This document shows, piece by piece, positions 27,009 through 35,740 of a stretch of DNA of 64,000 nucleotides. The number at the start of each line of letters is the position of its first letter. Positions within the stretch are counted from its first letter, which is position 1. The DNA lies in the NCBI GenBank assembly GCA_963796055.1, contig CAWCKH010000003.1, forward strand, positions 608,001-672,000, read 5' to 3'. Both the position numbers and the translations under genes were made by a program. Under the pieces are notes generated by a model. That model ran no database searches. It worked only from the letters and a program-made list of their open reading frames with translations, and was not told the origin of the DNA. The DNA is from an uncultured delta proteobacterium (GTDB lineage Bacteria > Myxococcota > Myxococcia > Myxococcales > Myxococcaceae).

Positions 27009-28805
27009 TCACCCGCGCGCCGGCGACGCCGCAGGAACATCGCGCTCGTCCGGGAGCACCTCCGCCTGGCCGATCCAGTCGCGGCCCAGGCGCTTCCGCA
27101 CCTCGGGGCTGCTGAGCTCGTGTGGTCCGCGGCGGACGATGGGGAGGTGGTCGAAGTTGTGGATCGGCGGCGGCGAGGGGACGGACCACTCGAGCGTCCC
27201 CACCTGCCAGGGGTTGGCCTCGGCCTTCGGACCGCGGAACATCGAGTGGAGGAAGTTCCAGATGAACGCCAGCTGCCCGAAGAAGAGGGCGAACGCGGCG
27301 TAGCTGGTCCAGCGGTTCAGCGCCCGGAGCGGCTGCAGGTACTGGTAGACGAACGGGTCGTAGAGCCGCCGGTGCTGTCCCGAGTAACCGGCGAGGAGCT
27401 GTCCGCCGAACACCAGCGTCAGGCCGACCACGGTGAACCAGAAGTGCACCTTCCCCCAGCGCTCGTTGGTCAAACGCCCGAACATCTTGGGGTACCAGAA
27501 GTAGATGGCCGCGAAGCTGGCCATGACCGAGGCAGCGGCCATGGTGAAGTGGAAGTGGCCGACCACGAACATCGTGTCGTGCAGGTAGAAGTCGGGGGCC
27601 ACCGCCCCCAGATACAGGCCGGTCAGTCCTCCGAAACCGAAGACGAAGACCATCCCCAGGGCGAAGAGCATGGGGGTGGTGAGGCGGATCGAGCCCTTCC
27701 AGATGGTCCGCAGCCAGTTGAGGAACAGCAGCTCTGCCGGGAAGCTGATGATCAGGGTCAGCACCATGAAGGTCTGGCCGAGCAGCGGGTTGAGCCCGGT
27801 CATGAACATGTGATGTCCGTAGACCACCGCGCTGAGCGCGGTGACCGCCACCATCGCCAGGACCGACCCGCGGTACCAGTTCGCGGGCCGGCGGGCGAAG
27901 AACGCGACCAGGTCACCGACCACGCCCCAGGCAGGGAGGATGAGGATGTAGACCTCGGGGTGGCCGAAGATCCAGAACAGATGCTGGAAGAGGATGGGGT
28001 CTCCCCCGCCCTGGGTCGCCGCGCCTGCCAGGTAGAACTGGGTGCCGAGCATCCGGTCCAGCAGGAGCAGGAGCGCCGCCGAGCCCAGCACCGGAACGAA
28101 GAGCACGTTGAGCACCGCGGTCAGGAACAGTCCCCAGACGGTGAGCGGCATCCGGAAGTAGGTCATCCCCGGGGCCCGGAGCCGGATGGTGGTGGTGATG
28201 TAGTTGATGCCTCCCATGATGCTGGAGACGCCGGTGACGAAGATCGCCAGCACCATCAGGGTCTGACCGGAGCCCGGCGTGCCCACGTTGGTGGAGAGTG
28301 GGGCGTACGTCGTCCACCCCGCCCCCGCGGCGCCCAGGTCACCGAAGAACGAGCCCACCACCAGGCACAGCGCGAGGGCGAACACCCAGAAGCTGAGCGC
28401 GTTCAGCCAGGGGAAGGCCATGTCCCGCGCGCCGATCATCAGGGGGATGCAGTAGTTCCCGAACGCGCCGATCAGGATCGGGGTGATGGCGAAGAAGATC
28501 ATGATCAGCCCATGCATGGTGAACACCTGCATGTACTGGCCGGGGCCGATGGCCCCACCGGAGTCGCGGAGGAAGATCTGCCCCAGCACCGGCACCGGCC
28601 GCCCGGGGAAGGCCCACTGCCAGCGGATGAGCATGGCCAGCGTGCCGCCCACCAGGAAGAAGATCAGCCCCGCCCACAGGTACTGCTTGGCGATCACCTT
28701 GTGATCGAGCGACCAGATGTAATTGCGAAAGAAGGTGTTCGGCGGATGGTGAATGGGCTGGAGCGCCTCGGCCAATTCCAGGTTCACCTGCTCCTCGGCG
28801 ATCAT
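27009..28805 (-). CDS. coxA: Heme-copper oxidase subunit I (A-type, GHPEVY)
   Basis: SLDHK, FTMHG, DMAFP, GWTTY, FGHPEVY, GHHMF, LHDT, GHFH, HRRL; ATGA overlap with subunit II. Confidence 0.95.
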   Translation of the reverse strand: MIAEEQVNLELAEALQPIHHPPNTFFRNYIWSLDHKVIAKQYLWAGLIFFLVGGTLAMLIRWQWAFPGRPVPVLGQIFLRDSGGAIGPGQYMQVFTMHGLIMIFFAITPILIGAFGNYCIPLMIGARDMAFPWLNALSFWVFALALCLVVGSFFGDLGAAGAGWTTYAPLSTNVGTPGSGQTLMVLAIFVTGVSSIMGGINYITTTIRLRAPGMTYFRMPLTVWGLFLTAVLNVLFVPVLGSAALLLLLDRMLGTQFYLAGAATQGGGDPILFQHLFWIFGHPEVYILILPAWGVVGDLVAFFARRPANWYRGSVLAMVAVTALSAVVYGHHMFMTGLNPLLGQTFMVLTLIISFPAELLFLNWLRTIWKGSIRLTTPMLFALGMVFVFGFGGLTGLYLGAVAPDFYLHDTMFVVGHFHFTMAAASVMASFAAIYFWYPKMFGRLTNERWGKVHFWFTVVGLTLVFGGQLLAGYSGQHRRLYDPFVYQYLQPLRALNRWTSYAAFALFFGQLAFIWNFLHSMFRGPKAEANPWQVGTLEWSVPSPPPIHNFDHLPIVRRGPHELSSPEVRKRLGRDWIGQAEVLPDERDVPAASPARG

Positions 28806-29587
28806 TTCATCCTCGTGTGCTCTGCCCAGTCCCAGCCCCAGTGGGCCTCGGTGTCCTGGGGGTCGTATCCCTGCTGCGAGTTGGCGGAGGCGGCGGCCAG
28901 CCACTGTCGAAAACGAGCGGGCTCGACCACGTGCAGCATGCCCTGCATCTTGTAGTGGTTGGCGCCGCAGTGCTGGGCGCAGCCGATCTCGTAGTTCCCC
29001 AGCACCGCGGGGGTGAACCACATCCGGTTGATGGTCCCGGGCACCGCGTCGACCTTCATCCGCATGTTGGGGATGTTGAAGCTGTGGATCACGTCGATGG
29101 ACGCCACCTGAAACAGGCCCGGGGCGTCCTTCGGGAGGTACACCTCGTTCAGGGTGATGACGTCGTCCGGGGTGTTGAACTTGCCGTCCGGTCCGGCGTA
29201 GCGCACCTGCCAGGCCCACTGGTGGGCGTTGATCTCCACCCGCACCGCATCGTTCTGCTCCTCCGCCCAGTCGAAGTTCCAGTAGACGCGGTTGACCGCG
29301 ATCAGGGTCCGGACCAGGAGATCGCCGTCCACCACCACGAAGATCAGCCCTGCCACCCCCACGGTCCACAACCAGGAGCTCGGGCGCGCCCCGTGGTCGA
29401 ACTTCGCGGCATGGGTGGGGCCATGCTTGAGGATGGCCCAGCCCATCCAGCCGATCATGATCACGAAGATCAACGCCACGAAGAGCGAGGTGACGTTGAT
29501 CATCTCGTCGATCCGCCAGCCCTCCTTCGAGGCATCGAAGGGCAACCCGATCCCCAGCGGGCCGGCGGCGAGCAGGATCCGGCTCAC
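28802..29587 (-). CDS. coxB: Cytochrome c oxidase subunit II (CuA)
   Basis: Two TM helices, HQWAW..RY, DVIHSF, KVDAVPG, CAQHCGANHYKM. Confidence 0.93.
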   Translation of the reverse strand: MSRILLAAGPLGIGLPFDASKEGWRIDEMINVTSLFVALIFVIMIGWMGWAILKHGPTHAAKFDHGARPSSWLWTVGVAGLIFVVVDGDLLVRTLIAVNRVYWNFDWAEEQNDAVRVEINAHQWAWQVRYAGPDGKFNTPDDVITLNEVYLPKDAPGLFQVASIDVIHSFNIPNMRMKVDAVPGTINRMWFTPAVLGNYEIGCAQHCGANHYKMQGMLHVVEPARFRQWLAAASANSQQGYDPQDTEAHWGWDWAEHTRMK

Positions 29588-29748
29588 GGCTGCCCTCCTC
29601 CGGAGACCCGCCGGATCCCGAGGATGACCGCTCCGGCCACCAGGAACGGCGTGCCCAGCAGCGCGGGAAGGAGCACCAGCACCCCGGGGGAGGCGGAGTT
29701 GGCGGCGCAGGCCGGACAGGCAAGGAGCACCAGGTTCAAGAGGCTCAT
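29584..29748 (-). CDS. 54-aa CxxC membrane peptide, not in the ORF track
   Basis: MSLLNLVLLACPACAANSASPGVLVLLPALLGTPFLVAGAVILGIRRVSGGGQP; 4-nt start/stop overlaps with both neighbours. Confidence 0.7.
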   Translation of the reverse strand: MSLLNLVLLACPACAANSASPGVLVLLPALLGTPFLVAGAVILGIRRVSGGGQP

Positions 29749-30053
29749 CGGAAATGCCTCCAGGCGGCCTCGGCGATCAGCACCAGCCCGTACATCGCGG
29801 CGATGATCCCGGGCGCTGCCGCCATGCGCCGGAGGGCGATCGTCTCCCGGGAGAGGTGCATGGTGTAGAGCGCGAAGTAGACCGCCTGGGCAAGGGCGAG
29901 GAGGAGCAGCAATACCACCGTCCAGCGGGCGTGGCTGGGCACGAGGGCCACCGCCACCTCGAGCACGGTCAGGGCCACCATCACCCCCAGCATCACCAGG
30001 TACTCGCGGGTTCGGTGCTGGCTCGTCGTGGCAGCACCCGCGGTGCTGCTCAT
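29745..30053 (-). CDS. Cytochrome c oxidase subunit IV-like
   Basis: Y..ALTVLEV...YFALYTMHL..E; three TM helices. Confidence 0.8.
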   Translation of the reverse strand: MSSTAGAATTSQHRTREYLVMLGVMVALTVLEVAVALVPSHARWTVVLLLLLALAQAVYFALYTMHLSRETIALRRMAAAPGIIAAMYGLVLIAEAAWRHFR

Positions 30054-30691
30054 CACGGCACCCCGGTGGGGATGAGGTAGACCAGGACGAAGACCAGGTT
30101 CCAGACCAGGTCCACGAAGTGCCAGAACAGCGCCACCAGCTCGACCTCTCCGGCCCGCGCCACGCCCCGGGCGGTGCGTCCGAGCACCGCCAGAAGGTAG
30201 ATCACCCCGGCGGTGACGTGCAGCCCGTGGAAGCCGGTGATCACGTAGAAGGTGCTGGCGTAGGCCGACCGCCCGAACACCAGGCCCTCCTTCATCAGCC
30301 CGGGATGGAGGATCCCGATCCACTCGGCGTACTGGCCGGTGAGGAAGAGCACGCCGCCCAGCGCGGTGATCCCCAGCCAGAGCACGGCCCGGCGACGATT
30401 CTCCTGCAGGGCTGCGTCGTGGGCGACGATCACGCTGATGCTGGAGGCGATGAGCACCAGGGTCAGCAGCGAGGTGAAGGGGATGTTGAGCCCCGGCTCG
30501 CCGGGGTGCCGCCACACCGCACTTCCTGCCCGGAGGATGCCGTAGGCCAGCAGCAGTCCGAAGAAGGAGAGAAAGTCGGAGAGCAGGAAGACCCACATCG
30601 CCAGCTTGGCCGGGTTGGCCCTGCCGAACTGGGCGTCGGGCGGCCAGCTGGCGGTGATCTGCGGGTGGACGTGGGCGTGGGCGGTGGTCAT
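30053..30691 (-). CDS. coxC: Cytochrome c oxidase subunit III (copy 1)
   Basis: KLAMWVFLLSD, TFYVITGFHGLHV, LFWHFVDLVW. Confidence 0.9.
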   Translation of the reverse strand: MTTAHAHVHPQITASWPPDAQFGRANPAKLAMWVFLLSDFLSFFGLLLAYGILRAGSAVWRHPGEPGLNIPFTSLLTLVLIASSISVIVAHDAALQENRRRAVLWLGITALGGVLFLTGQYAEWIGILHPGLMKEGLVFGRSAYASTFYVITGFHGLHVTAGVIYLLAVLGRTARGVARAGEVELVALFWHFVDLVWNLVFVLVYLIPTGVP

Positions 30692-30704
30692 CGACTCCCT
30701 GGGT

Positions 30705-31478
30705 TCAGTCCTTCTGACGGAGCGTGTGGAGGAAATGCACCAGGTCCCAGGCCTCCTGCGGCTTGAGACTGTCGGCGAAGGACGGCATCGGCGTGCCGTT
30801 CACCCCGGTCATGAAGGTCCGGTAGAGGTCGATGTCGGTGTTCCCGCACTTCCGGGCGTCGCTGCTGGTGAAGTCGAACGGGGTGATGTGGTGACCCCAG
30901 TCGTCCATCAGCGTGGGGACCGAGAGACCGTTGCCCTTGCCCTCGGGGCCGTGGCACTTCGCGCACTGCATGTTGGCCCACACCACCGCGCCGCGCTTCC
31001 GGGACTCCTCGCTGTCCGAAGGCTCCGCTGGGATGGTGATGGGCTGTCCCGGCGCCTCTTCCTTCCACTTGGGAGAGAAGGTCTTGATGTACTCGATGAC
31101 CCCGCGGAGGTCGTAGTCGCCGAGCACCTCCCAGGTCGGCATGTACGTGTGGTAGATGCCGACCCGCTCGGTCCGCATCAGGTCCTCGTCGGTGGGCAGC
31201 GTGCCGCTGGGAGTCGAGCGGCACTTGAAGATCCCCGAGGTGAAGTCCCGCGGCATCGGGTCCAGCCACTGCGCAGAGTAGCCCAGGCCGTCGCCCTGGG
31301 CACCGTGGCAGCTGATGCAGAACCGCTCGTAGATCGGCTTGCCGCGGTTGACCAGGCCCTGGTCGATGGGGACCGGCGGTCGGTCGGCCCCGCCGCCCTG
31401 ATCGGCGGCGGGGAGCAGGGTCAGCGCAGCGAGAGAGCCGGTGAAGAGGAGGAGAGATCGGAGCGAGCGCATGGTCAT
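30705..31478 (-). CDS. Periplasmic diheme c-type cytochrome
   Basis: Signal peptide; CISCH and CAKCH; PRDFTSGIFK, TYMP and GTPMP. Confidence 0.92.
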   Translation of the reverse strand: MTMRSLRSLLLFTGSLAALTLLPAADQGGGADRPPVPIDQGLVNRGKPIYERFCISCHGAQGDGLGYSAQWLDPMPRDFTSGIFKCRSTPSGTLPTDEDLMRTERVGIYHTYMPTWEVLGDYDLRGVIEYIKTFSPKWKEEAPGQPITIPAEPSDSEESRKRGAVVWANMQCAKCHGPEGKGNGLSVPTLMDDWGHHITPFDFTSSDARKCGNTDIDLYRTFMTGVNGTPMPSFADSLKPQEAWDLVHFLHTLRQKD

Positions 31479-31489
31479 GTTCCTCCGGC

Positions 31490-32824
31490 TCAGAAGGCGA
31501 AGTCGATCCCGGCGAGCACAGTGGTGCCCTTCGGCTTCCTGCTGTTGGCGGTGTCGTCGTTGACCGTGTTGGTCACCTGGCTTCCTTCCAGCACCAGGGC
31601 GACGTCGGCCCGGTTCCCGAACTCGAGCGTCCAGCGGACTCCGAGGGTCAAGGCGGTCAGGTCACCTTCGCTCTCAGGGATGGTGTCCGTCCCCGCCTGA
31701 GTCGTCGTGATCCGCTCCCAGCGAGCGTAGACGATCCAGTTGAAGTTCGGGACGTAGCTCAGCTCCACGAACCCGCCGATCCACTGGGCGGAACGGACCC
31801 CGTCGGTGATCAGCGCCTGGTCCTCGTTCCCGGCCATGAACACCCCGGTGAGGTCGAGCGGATTGACGTTGCTCAGGAAGAGAAGGTGCAGGTCCGCGCC
31901 GTACTTCTGGTACGGCTGGTTGGAGTACGCGGTCCCGTTCACCGGAACGGCCTCCCCGGTCGCGGGATCGGTCTGGGTCAGCGCCTGCGTCGGATGCCAC
32001 CCGACCGCCCCGAAGACCCCGCCTTTCACCTCGGGGAGGATCGAGTTGTTCAGGAGCAGCTTCCCCGAGATGCGGCCCCAGACCACCGGCGAGCTGACCC
32101 AGTTCTTGGAGAAGATCGCTCCGTTCTCGTTGAGGACCGAGACCGAGTATCGAAGCGCGTTCAGCTCGGTATGGCCGTAGACCTCCACCCCCACCTGGTT
32201 CTCTCCGGGCTCGAAGGTCACGGCGCTGCCCTGGGGATGGAAGTGGTAGATGTTGTAGCCTTGGGTGAGGCTGATGATGCGGTGCTCATCCACCGGGAGA
32301 TCCGGGGCGTGCTTTCCCACCCGGACGTTGAGGAACGGCGTCCCGAACAGGCGGTGGAACCCGACGAAGGCGGATTCGAGGTCTCCGTCCGCCGGCTCGG
32401 TCCCGAACGAGGCACTCCCCAGCCCGGGAGTGTAGACCACCAGGAAGCTGATCTGCTTCCCGAGCGTGCCGGCAGTGAGGATGTCCAGGCCGGCGAAACC
32501 CAACGTGCCGTTCTTGGTGGTGGTGGTCCCGGGCGGCTGATCGACCGGGACCCCCTCCTGCTCGGCGTACTGGTAGCCCACGGTGGTGCGGAAGGCGATC
32601 GGCCAGTACGTGCCGGGCTGCTCCTTGGGTTCGTCCTTCCCACGGAGCATCTGGTAGCCGTTGTCGCGGAACAGCTCGCCGAAGTCGTTCAGCTTGGGCC
32701 AGGCCTCGTGGCACGTGCTGCAGGCCACGTTGTACTTCCGGGCGAACGCCGGGATGGCGTTGGCTTTCCCGGGAAGCAGCGCTGCCAGTGCGGCAGCGGC
32801 GACGACGAGGACGCGCAGCTTCAT
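31490..32824 (-). CDS. Cyc2-like monoheme cytochrome-porin fusion (outer membrane)
   Basis: Signal peptide, then AIPAFARKYNVACSTCHEAWPKLNDFGELFRDNGY (PxFAR-CxxCH-PxL-G-F-GY pattern), beta-strand-rich body, C-terminal DFAF. Confidence 0.8.
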   Translation of the reverse strand: MKLRVLVVAAAALAALLPGKANAIPAFARKYNVACSTCHEAWPKLNDFGELFRDNGYQMLRGKDEPKEQPGTYWPIAFRTTVGYQYAEQEGVPVDQPPGTTTTKNGTLGFAGLDILTAGTLGKQISFLVVYTPGLGSASFGTEPADGDLESAFVGFHRLFGTPFLNVRVGKHAPDLPVDEHRIISLTQGYNIYHFHPQGSAVTFEPGENQVGVEVYGHTELNALRYSVSVLNENGAIFSKNWVSSPVVWGRISGKLLLNNSILPEVKGGVFGAVGWHPTQALTQTDPATGEAVPVNGTAYSNQPYQKYGADLHLLFLSNVNPLDLTGVFMAGNEDQALITDGVRSAQWIGGFVELSYVPNFNWIVYARWERITTTQAGTDTIPESEGDLTALTLGVRWTLEFGNRADVALVLEGSQVTNTVNDDTANSRKPKGTTVLAGIDFAF

Positions 32825-32865
32825 GCCACCCTCCTCCCGCGAGCCACCCAGGGAACCCGGGCGGC

Positions 32866-32996
32866 AAGATTGCGCGCGCAACTAAAAAGGCAGTCCGCGA
32901 GAAATTCCAAACAAGCGATTCTCACGCCACGGTGCGTCGTGTGAAGCAGAAGCGATGGGCGCGGGCCTGGAATCGCCACTTCATTGCTCGGTCAAT
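32866..32996. promoter_or_regulatory. Two ATTG-N6-CAA(T/C) boxes upstream of the cytochrome-porin gene
   Basis: AAGATTG-cgcgcg-CAAC (32866-32882) and TTCATTG-ctcggt-CAAT (32980-32996) in an AT-richer intergenic region. Confidence 0.45.
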
Positions 32997-33032
32997 CTTT
33001 GAACAGAAGTCCCCCCGGAACGCCGCCAAGAG

Positions 33033-33560
33033 TCAGCGACCGTTCACCACCTGGGTGATGGCGGGCAGCAGCTCCCGGCCGGGCGGCTCGGCGAGTGCAG
33101 GCAGCGCGCGGACCCGGCCGCCGGGGTCGATCAGCACGGCACGCTCGCCGCGGCGGAGCTCCCGCTGCTCGGGGCTTCGTCCCAGCAACGCGACCAGGGG
33201 TGCGGCGCGGGCTTCGTCGTCCAGCACCAGCACCGTCGGCGCGAGCGGAGGCGCCGCATCCCCCGACCCCAGTCGAACCCACTCCAGATCGAAGCCCGGC
33301 CGGACGGAGCGGAGATGGCGGGAGAGCGTTCGCAGCGCCTCCGAGCTGCTGGCAACGCAGCCGGGGCAGGTCGTGTCGGCGAACACGACCAGCCGCCCCC
33401 TCCCGGTGGCCGGGACCCGATCGATGACCGGCAGGGGAGTGGGTGGACGGCGGAGCAACCCCGAGAGAAGGGGGCCCCCGGCGAGGAGCGCCATCGCCGT
33501 CCACCAGAATGCCGGGCGCGCCACCCAGCGCTCGAGGAAGCCGGTCGCGGCGGCGCTCAC
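33033..33560 (-). CDS. Membrane-anchored thioredoxin/SCO-like protein (CxxC)
   Basis: N-terminal TM, PLPVI, VVFADTTCPGC, VLIDPGGRVR; GTGA overlap with the upstream gene. Confidence 0.6.
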   Translation of the reverse strand: MSAAATGFLERWVARPAFWWTAMALLAGGPLLSGLLRRPPTPLPVIDRVPATGRGRLVVFADTTCPGCVASSSEALRTLSRHLRSVRPGFDLEWVRLGSGDAAPPLAPTVLVLDDEARAAPLVALLGRSPEQRELRRGERAVLIDPGGRVRALPALAEPPGRELLPAITQVVNGR

Positions 33561-34258
33561 TTCTTGATCTTTGCGTCGTAGGTAGCCTTCCCCCCGGCGG
33601 GGATGGTGACCGTGCCGAGCTTGGTCCCGGCGACCTCCTGGAAGGTGCCGATCTGGTAGGTCCCGGGCGGGACGTCCTTGATCTCGTACTTGCCCTCCGC
33701 ATCGGTCACCGCCGCGTAGGGGTTCTCGGCCACGAAGAGCGCCCCGCGCATGAAGTTGTGGATGTCGCACTTGAGGGACTGGCCGCCCGCCTTGTTCATC
33801 TTCTTCCCCACCACCATCCCCTGCTTGGGCTCGGCGATGTTCAGGATGGTCCGGCCCTCCTGGTAGGAGTGGATGTTGTGGAGGATGGGGTCGCTGTTCT
33901 TCACCTCGAGCTCGGAGTTGCGAGCGATGATCTGCACGTGAGGCTCGTACCGGCAGCCTTTCTGATCGAGCGTCGGCTTCGGGGGGAGGTCCATCTTCTT
34001 TCCGCTCTTGATGTCCACCAGGTAGACCACCGCCTCCTTCACCCCCCCAGTGGGCGAGACCACCAGCTCGTCCAGCTCGCGTGAGGTGCCGCAGGTCCCC
34101 GGGTCCTGGGTGATGGTCACCTTCTCCGGCTTGGGCGGGGTGCCGTCGTAGGTGATGCGCCCGCTGATCGTGCCCCCGTTGGTGACCGGCCCCTCGGTGT
34201 ACTGCGCGCGGGCGAGGGTGGTGACGGTGAGGACGGCGACCAGGAGTGTCTTTCGCAT
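33557..34258 (-). CDS. Periplasmic cupredoxin-like protein with carboxypeptidase-regulatory-like beta domain
   Basis: Signal peptide; LDQKGCRYEPHV, NSDPILHNIH, CDIHNFM (His plus C-x2-H-x2-M), TDAEGKYEIKDVPPGTY. Confidence 0.75.
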   Translation of the reverse strand: MRKTLLVAVLTVTTLARAQYTEGPVTNGGTISGRITYDGTPPKPEKVTITQDPGTCGTSRELDELVVSPTGGVKEAVVYLVDIKSGKKMDLPPKPTLDQKGCRYEPHVQIIARNSELEVKNSDPILHNIHSYQEGRTILNIAEPKQGMVVGKKMNKAGGQSLKCDIHNFMRGALFVAENPYAAVTDAEGKYEIKDVPPGTYQIGTFQEVAGTKLGTVTIPAGGKATYDAKIKK

Positions 34259-34329
34259 GAGCGGCTCCAGTTCCGTTGGTGGAGGACGAGAGAGACGTTC
34301 CGGCCGCCAGCTGGTGGATGTCAACGAAG

Positions 34330-34353
34330 GATTCATTGAATCTGCAATGAATC
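34330..34353. promoter_or_regulatory. Perfect inverted repeat, candidate operator
   Basis: GATTCATTG-aatctg-CAATGAATC about 70 nt upstream of the cupredoxin gene. Confidence 0.65.
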
Positions 34354-34503
34354 AAGCAAGCCCCGAGCTCGAGACCCGGCCAGGCCATGACTCCACGCGG
34401 CAATTCTTTGCCCGGCCGCCTGGTTGCAGTGTCCGCGGGTCAGGACTGCTCACGCAAGCGATCAGATTCCGCCCTCGGCGGCGCCCTGAGTCCTCGGGCA
34501 GTG

Positions 34504-34590
34504 TGCTCGGGGAGGGGGTCGAACCCTCACAGCCCTGATCGGGCTCGCGGATTTTAAGTCCGCTGCGTCTACCGGTTCCGCCACCCGAGC
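34504..34590 (-). tRNA. tRNA-Leu (anticodon TAA)
   Basis: GCTCGGG/CCCGAGC acceptor stem, D-loop GG, anticodon arm GCGGA-CTTAAAA-TCCGC, long variable arm, GGTTCGA T-loop; CCA not encoded. Confidence 0.95.
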
Positions 34591-34766
34591 GCGGGGGATG
34601 CACACTAGGGGGTGTCCCCGGAAGAGGAAACGGCTGATCTGGCGCCGCCGACGGTCGGCGTCGCACCGGGCGGTACCGCCTGCGAGGGACTGCTCCACGC
34701 GGCCCCTCAGCCTAGAGGGCTATGGTGCGGCCCGGGGGAGGCCCGGTCGCACTCCGGAGGAGCGCC

Positions 34767-35354
34767 ATGCCATCAGTTCGTGTCGAGCCACACTCTCTTT
34801 CCACCTCTTTGGCGATCCTCGCCGTCGTCTTCGCGGGCTGCGCGACCACCAGCTCTTCGAAGGTCTCTACGTCCAGTGGTCCCGAGCAGCGCTTCAGCAT
34901 GACCGGCGGCGGAAGGGAGACCACCGCCCTCATCACCAAGGACGGCGCCCAGGGCCCGCAGATCGACCTCGGGCGCTACGACAACGGGAGCACCCTCCGG
35001 GGCAAGGTGCTCAACCAGTCCTTCCAGCTCTCGGTCGACGAGGCGAAGGGGACTGCCACCGGCCAGTGGGGGCCGGGACCGATCAGCGTGAACGTCACGG
35101 ACGAAGGCGACCAGCTGAAGGCCACGGGCCTCATCGCCGGACGGCCGTCGAACTTCACCGTCTCCCACGAGCGGATCACCGGGACCATCGGGCTCTGCGC
35201 ATACGATCTCGCGAGGTCCGGGGATGCCTACGGGGGCTCTCGCTCCTGCGCCGGAGGCGTCAGCCCGGTCACGGTGCGGTTTCCGACCACCATCCTGGAG
35301 TGGAAGCCGATCAACATCGCCATCCTGATGGCGCTGCTGATGTCCACGCCGTAA
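34767..35354 (+). CDS. Hypothetical lipoprotein
   Basis: SD GGAGG; lipobox VFAGC; beta-rich body with two Cys. Confidence 0.65.
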   Translation: MPSVRVEPHSLSTSLAILAVVFAGCATTSSSKVSTSSGPEQRFSMTGGGRETTALITKDGAQGPQIDLGRYDNGSTLRGKVLNQSFQLSVDEAKGTATGQWGPGPISVNVTDEGDQLKATGLIAGRPSNFTVSHERITGTIGLCAYDLARSGDAYGGSRSCAGGVSPVTVRFPTTILEWKPINIAILMALLMSTP

Positions 35355-35366
35355 TCCGAGGCCGCG

Positions 35367-35740
35367 CTATCCGAAGTGGTAGCCGATCCGGAAGTTGATC
35401 ACCGGCAACGGCACCGAGGCGCCGAAGTGGATGATGTCGCGGGCGTCCTGCTCGGCGTCGGGCGGAACCCCGGGCGGAATCACCAGCGTGTCCTCCACTG
35501 CCAGCCCAGGCGCGGGGTGATGACCCAGCTCTCGACCCGGGCGAGCGCCGTCGCTCCGAAGGGAGTGCCTGCCTGGAGCGCGCTCACGTCGCCATCGATG
35601 ACTTGCTGTCCGAACCCTACCCCGAGGAAGAAGACGCCGCGCATGGGGTAGATCCGGAGGGCCACCTCCCATGCCTCGAACTTGTTGAGGTTGGCGTCGG
35701 TCGCGCATACCCCTCGACGTTGACGAGCCTGGGGATGTCC
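35367..35740 (-). pseudogene. Decayed outer-membrane beta-barrel-like gene remnant
   Basis: Protein-like fragments in three frames (IPRLVNVEGYAR / WEVALRIYPMRGVFFLGVGFG...ITPRLGWQW / VPLPVINFRIGYHFG-stop); no intact start. Confidence 0.5.

Noticed and set aside
27009..28805. Subunit I as a nitric oxide reductase
   Set aside because: The cross-linking Tyr (HPEVY), D-channel residues and CuA subunit II are retained, which favours an O2 reductase.
25224..34590. Respiratory module as an island integrated at the tRNA-Leu 3' end
   Set aside because: The position is suggestive, but I saw no integrase and no duplicate of the tRNA 3' end, and coding composition looks like the rest of the window.
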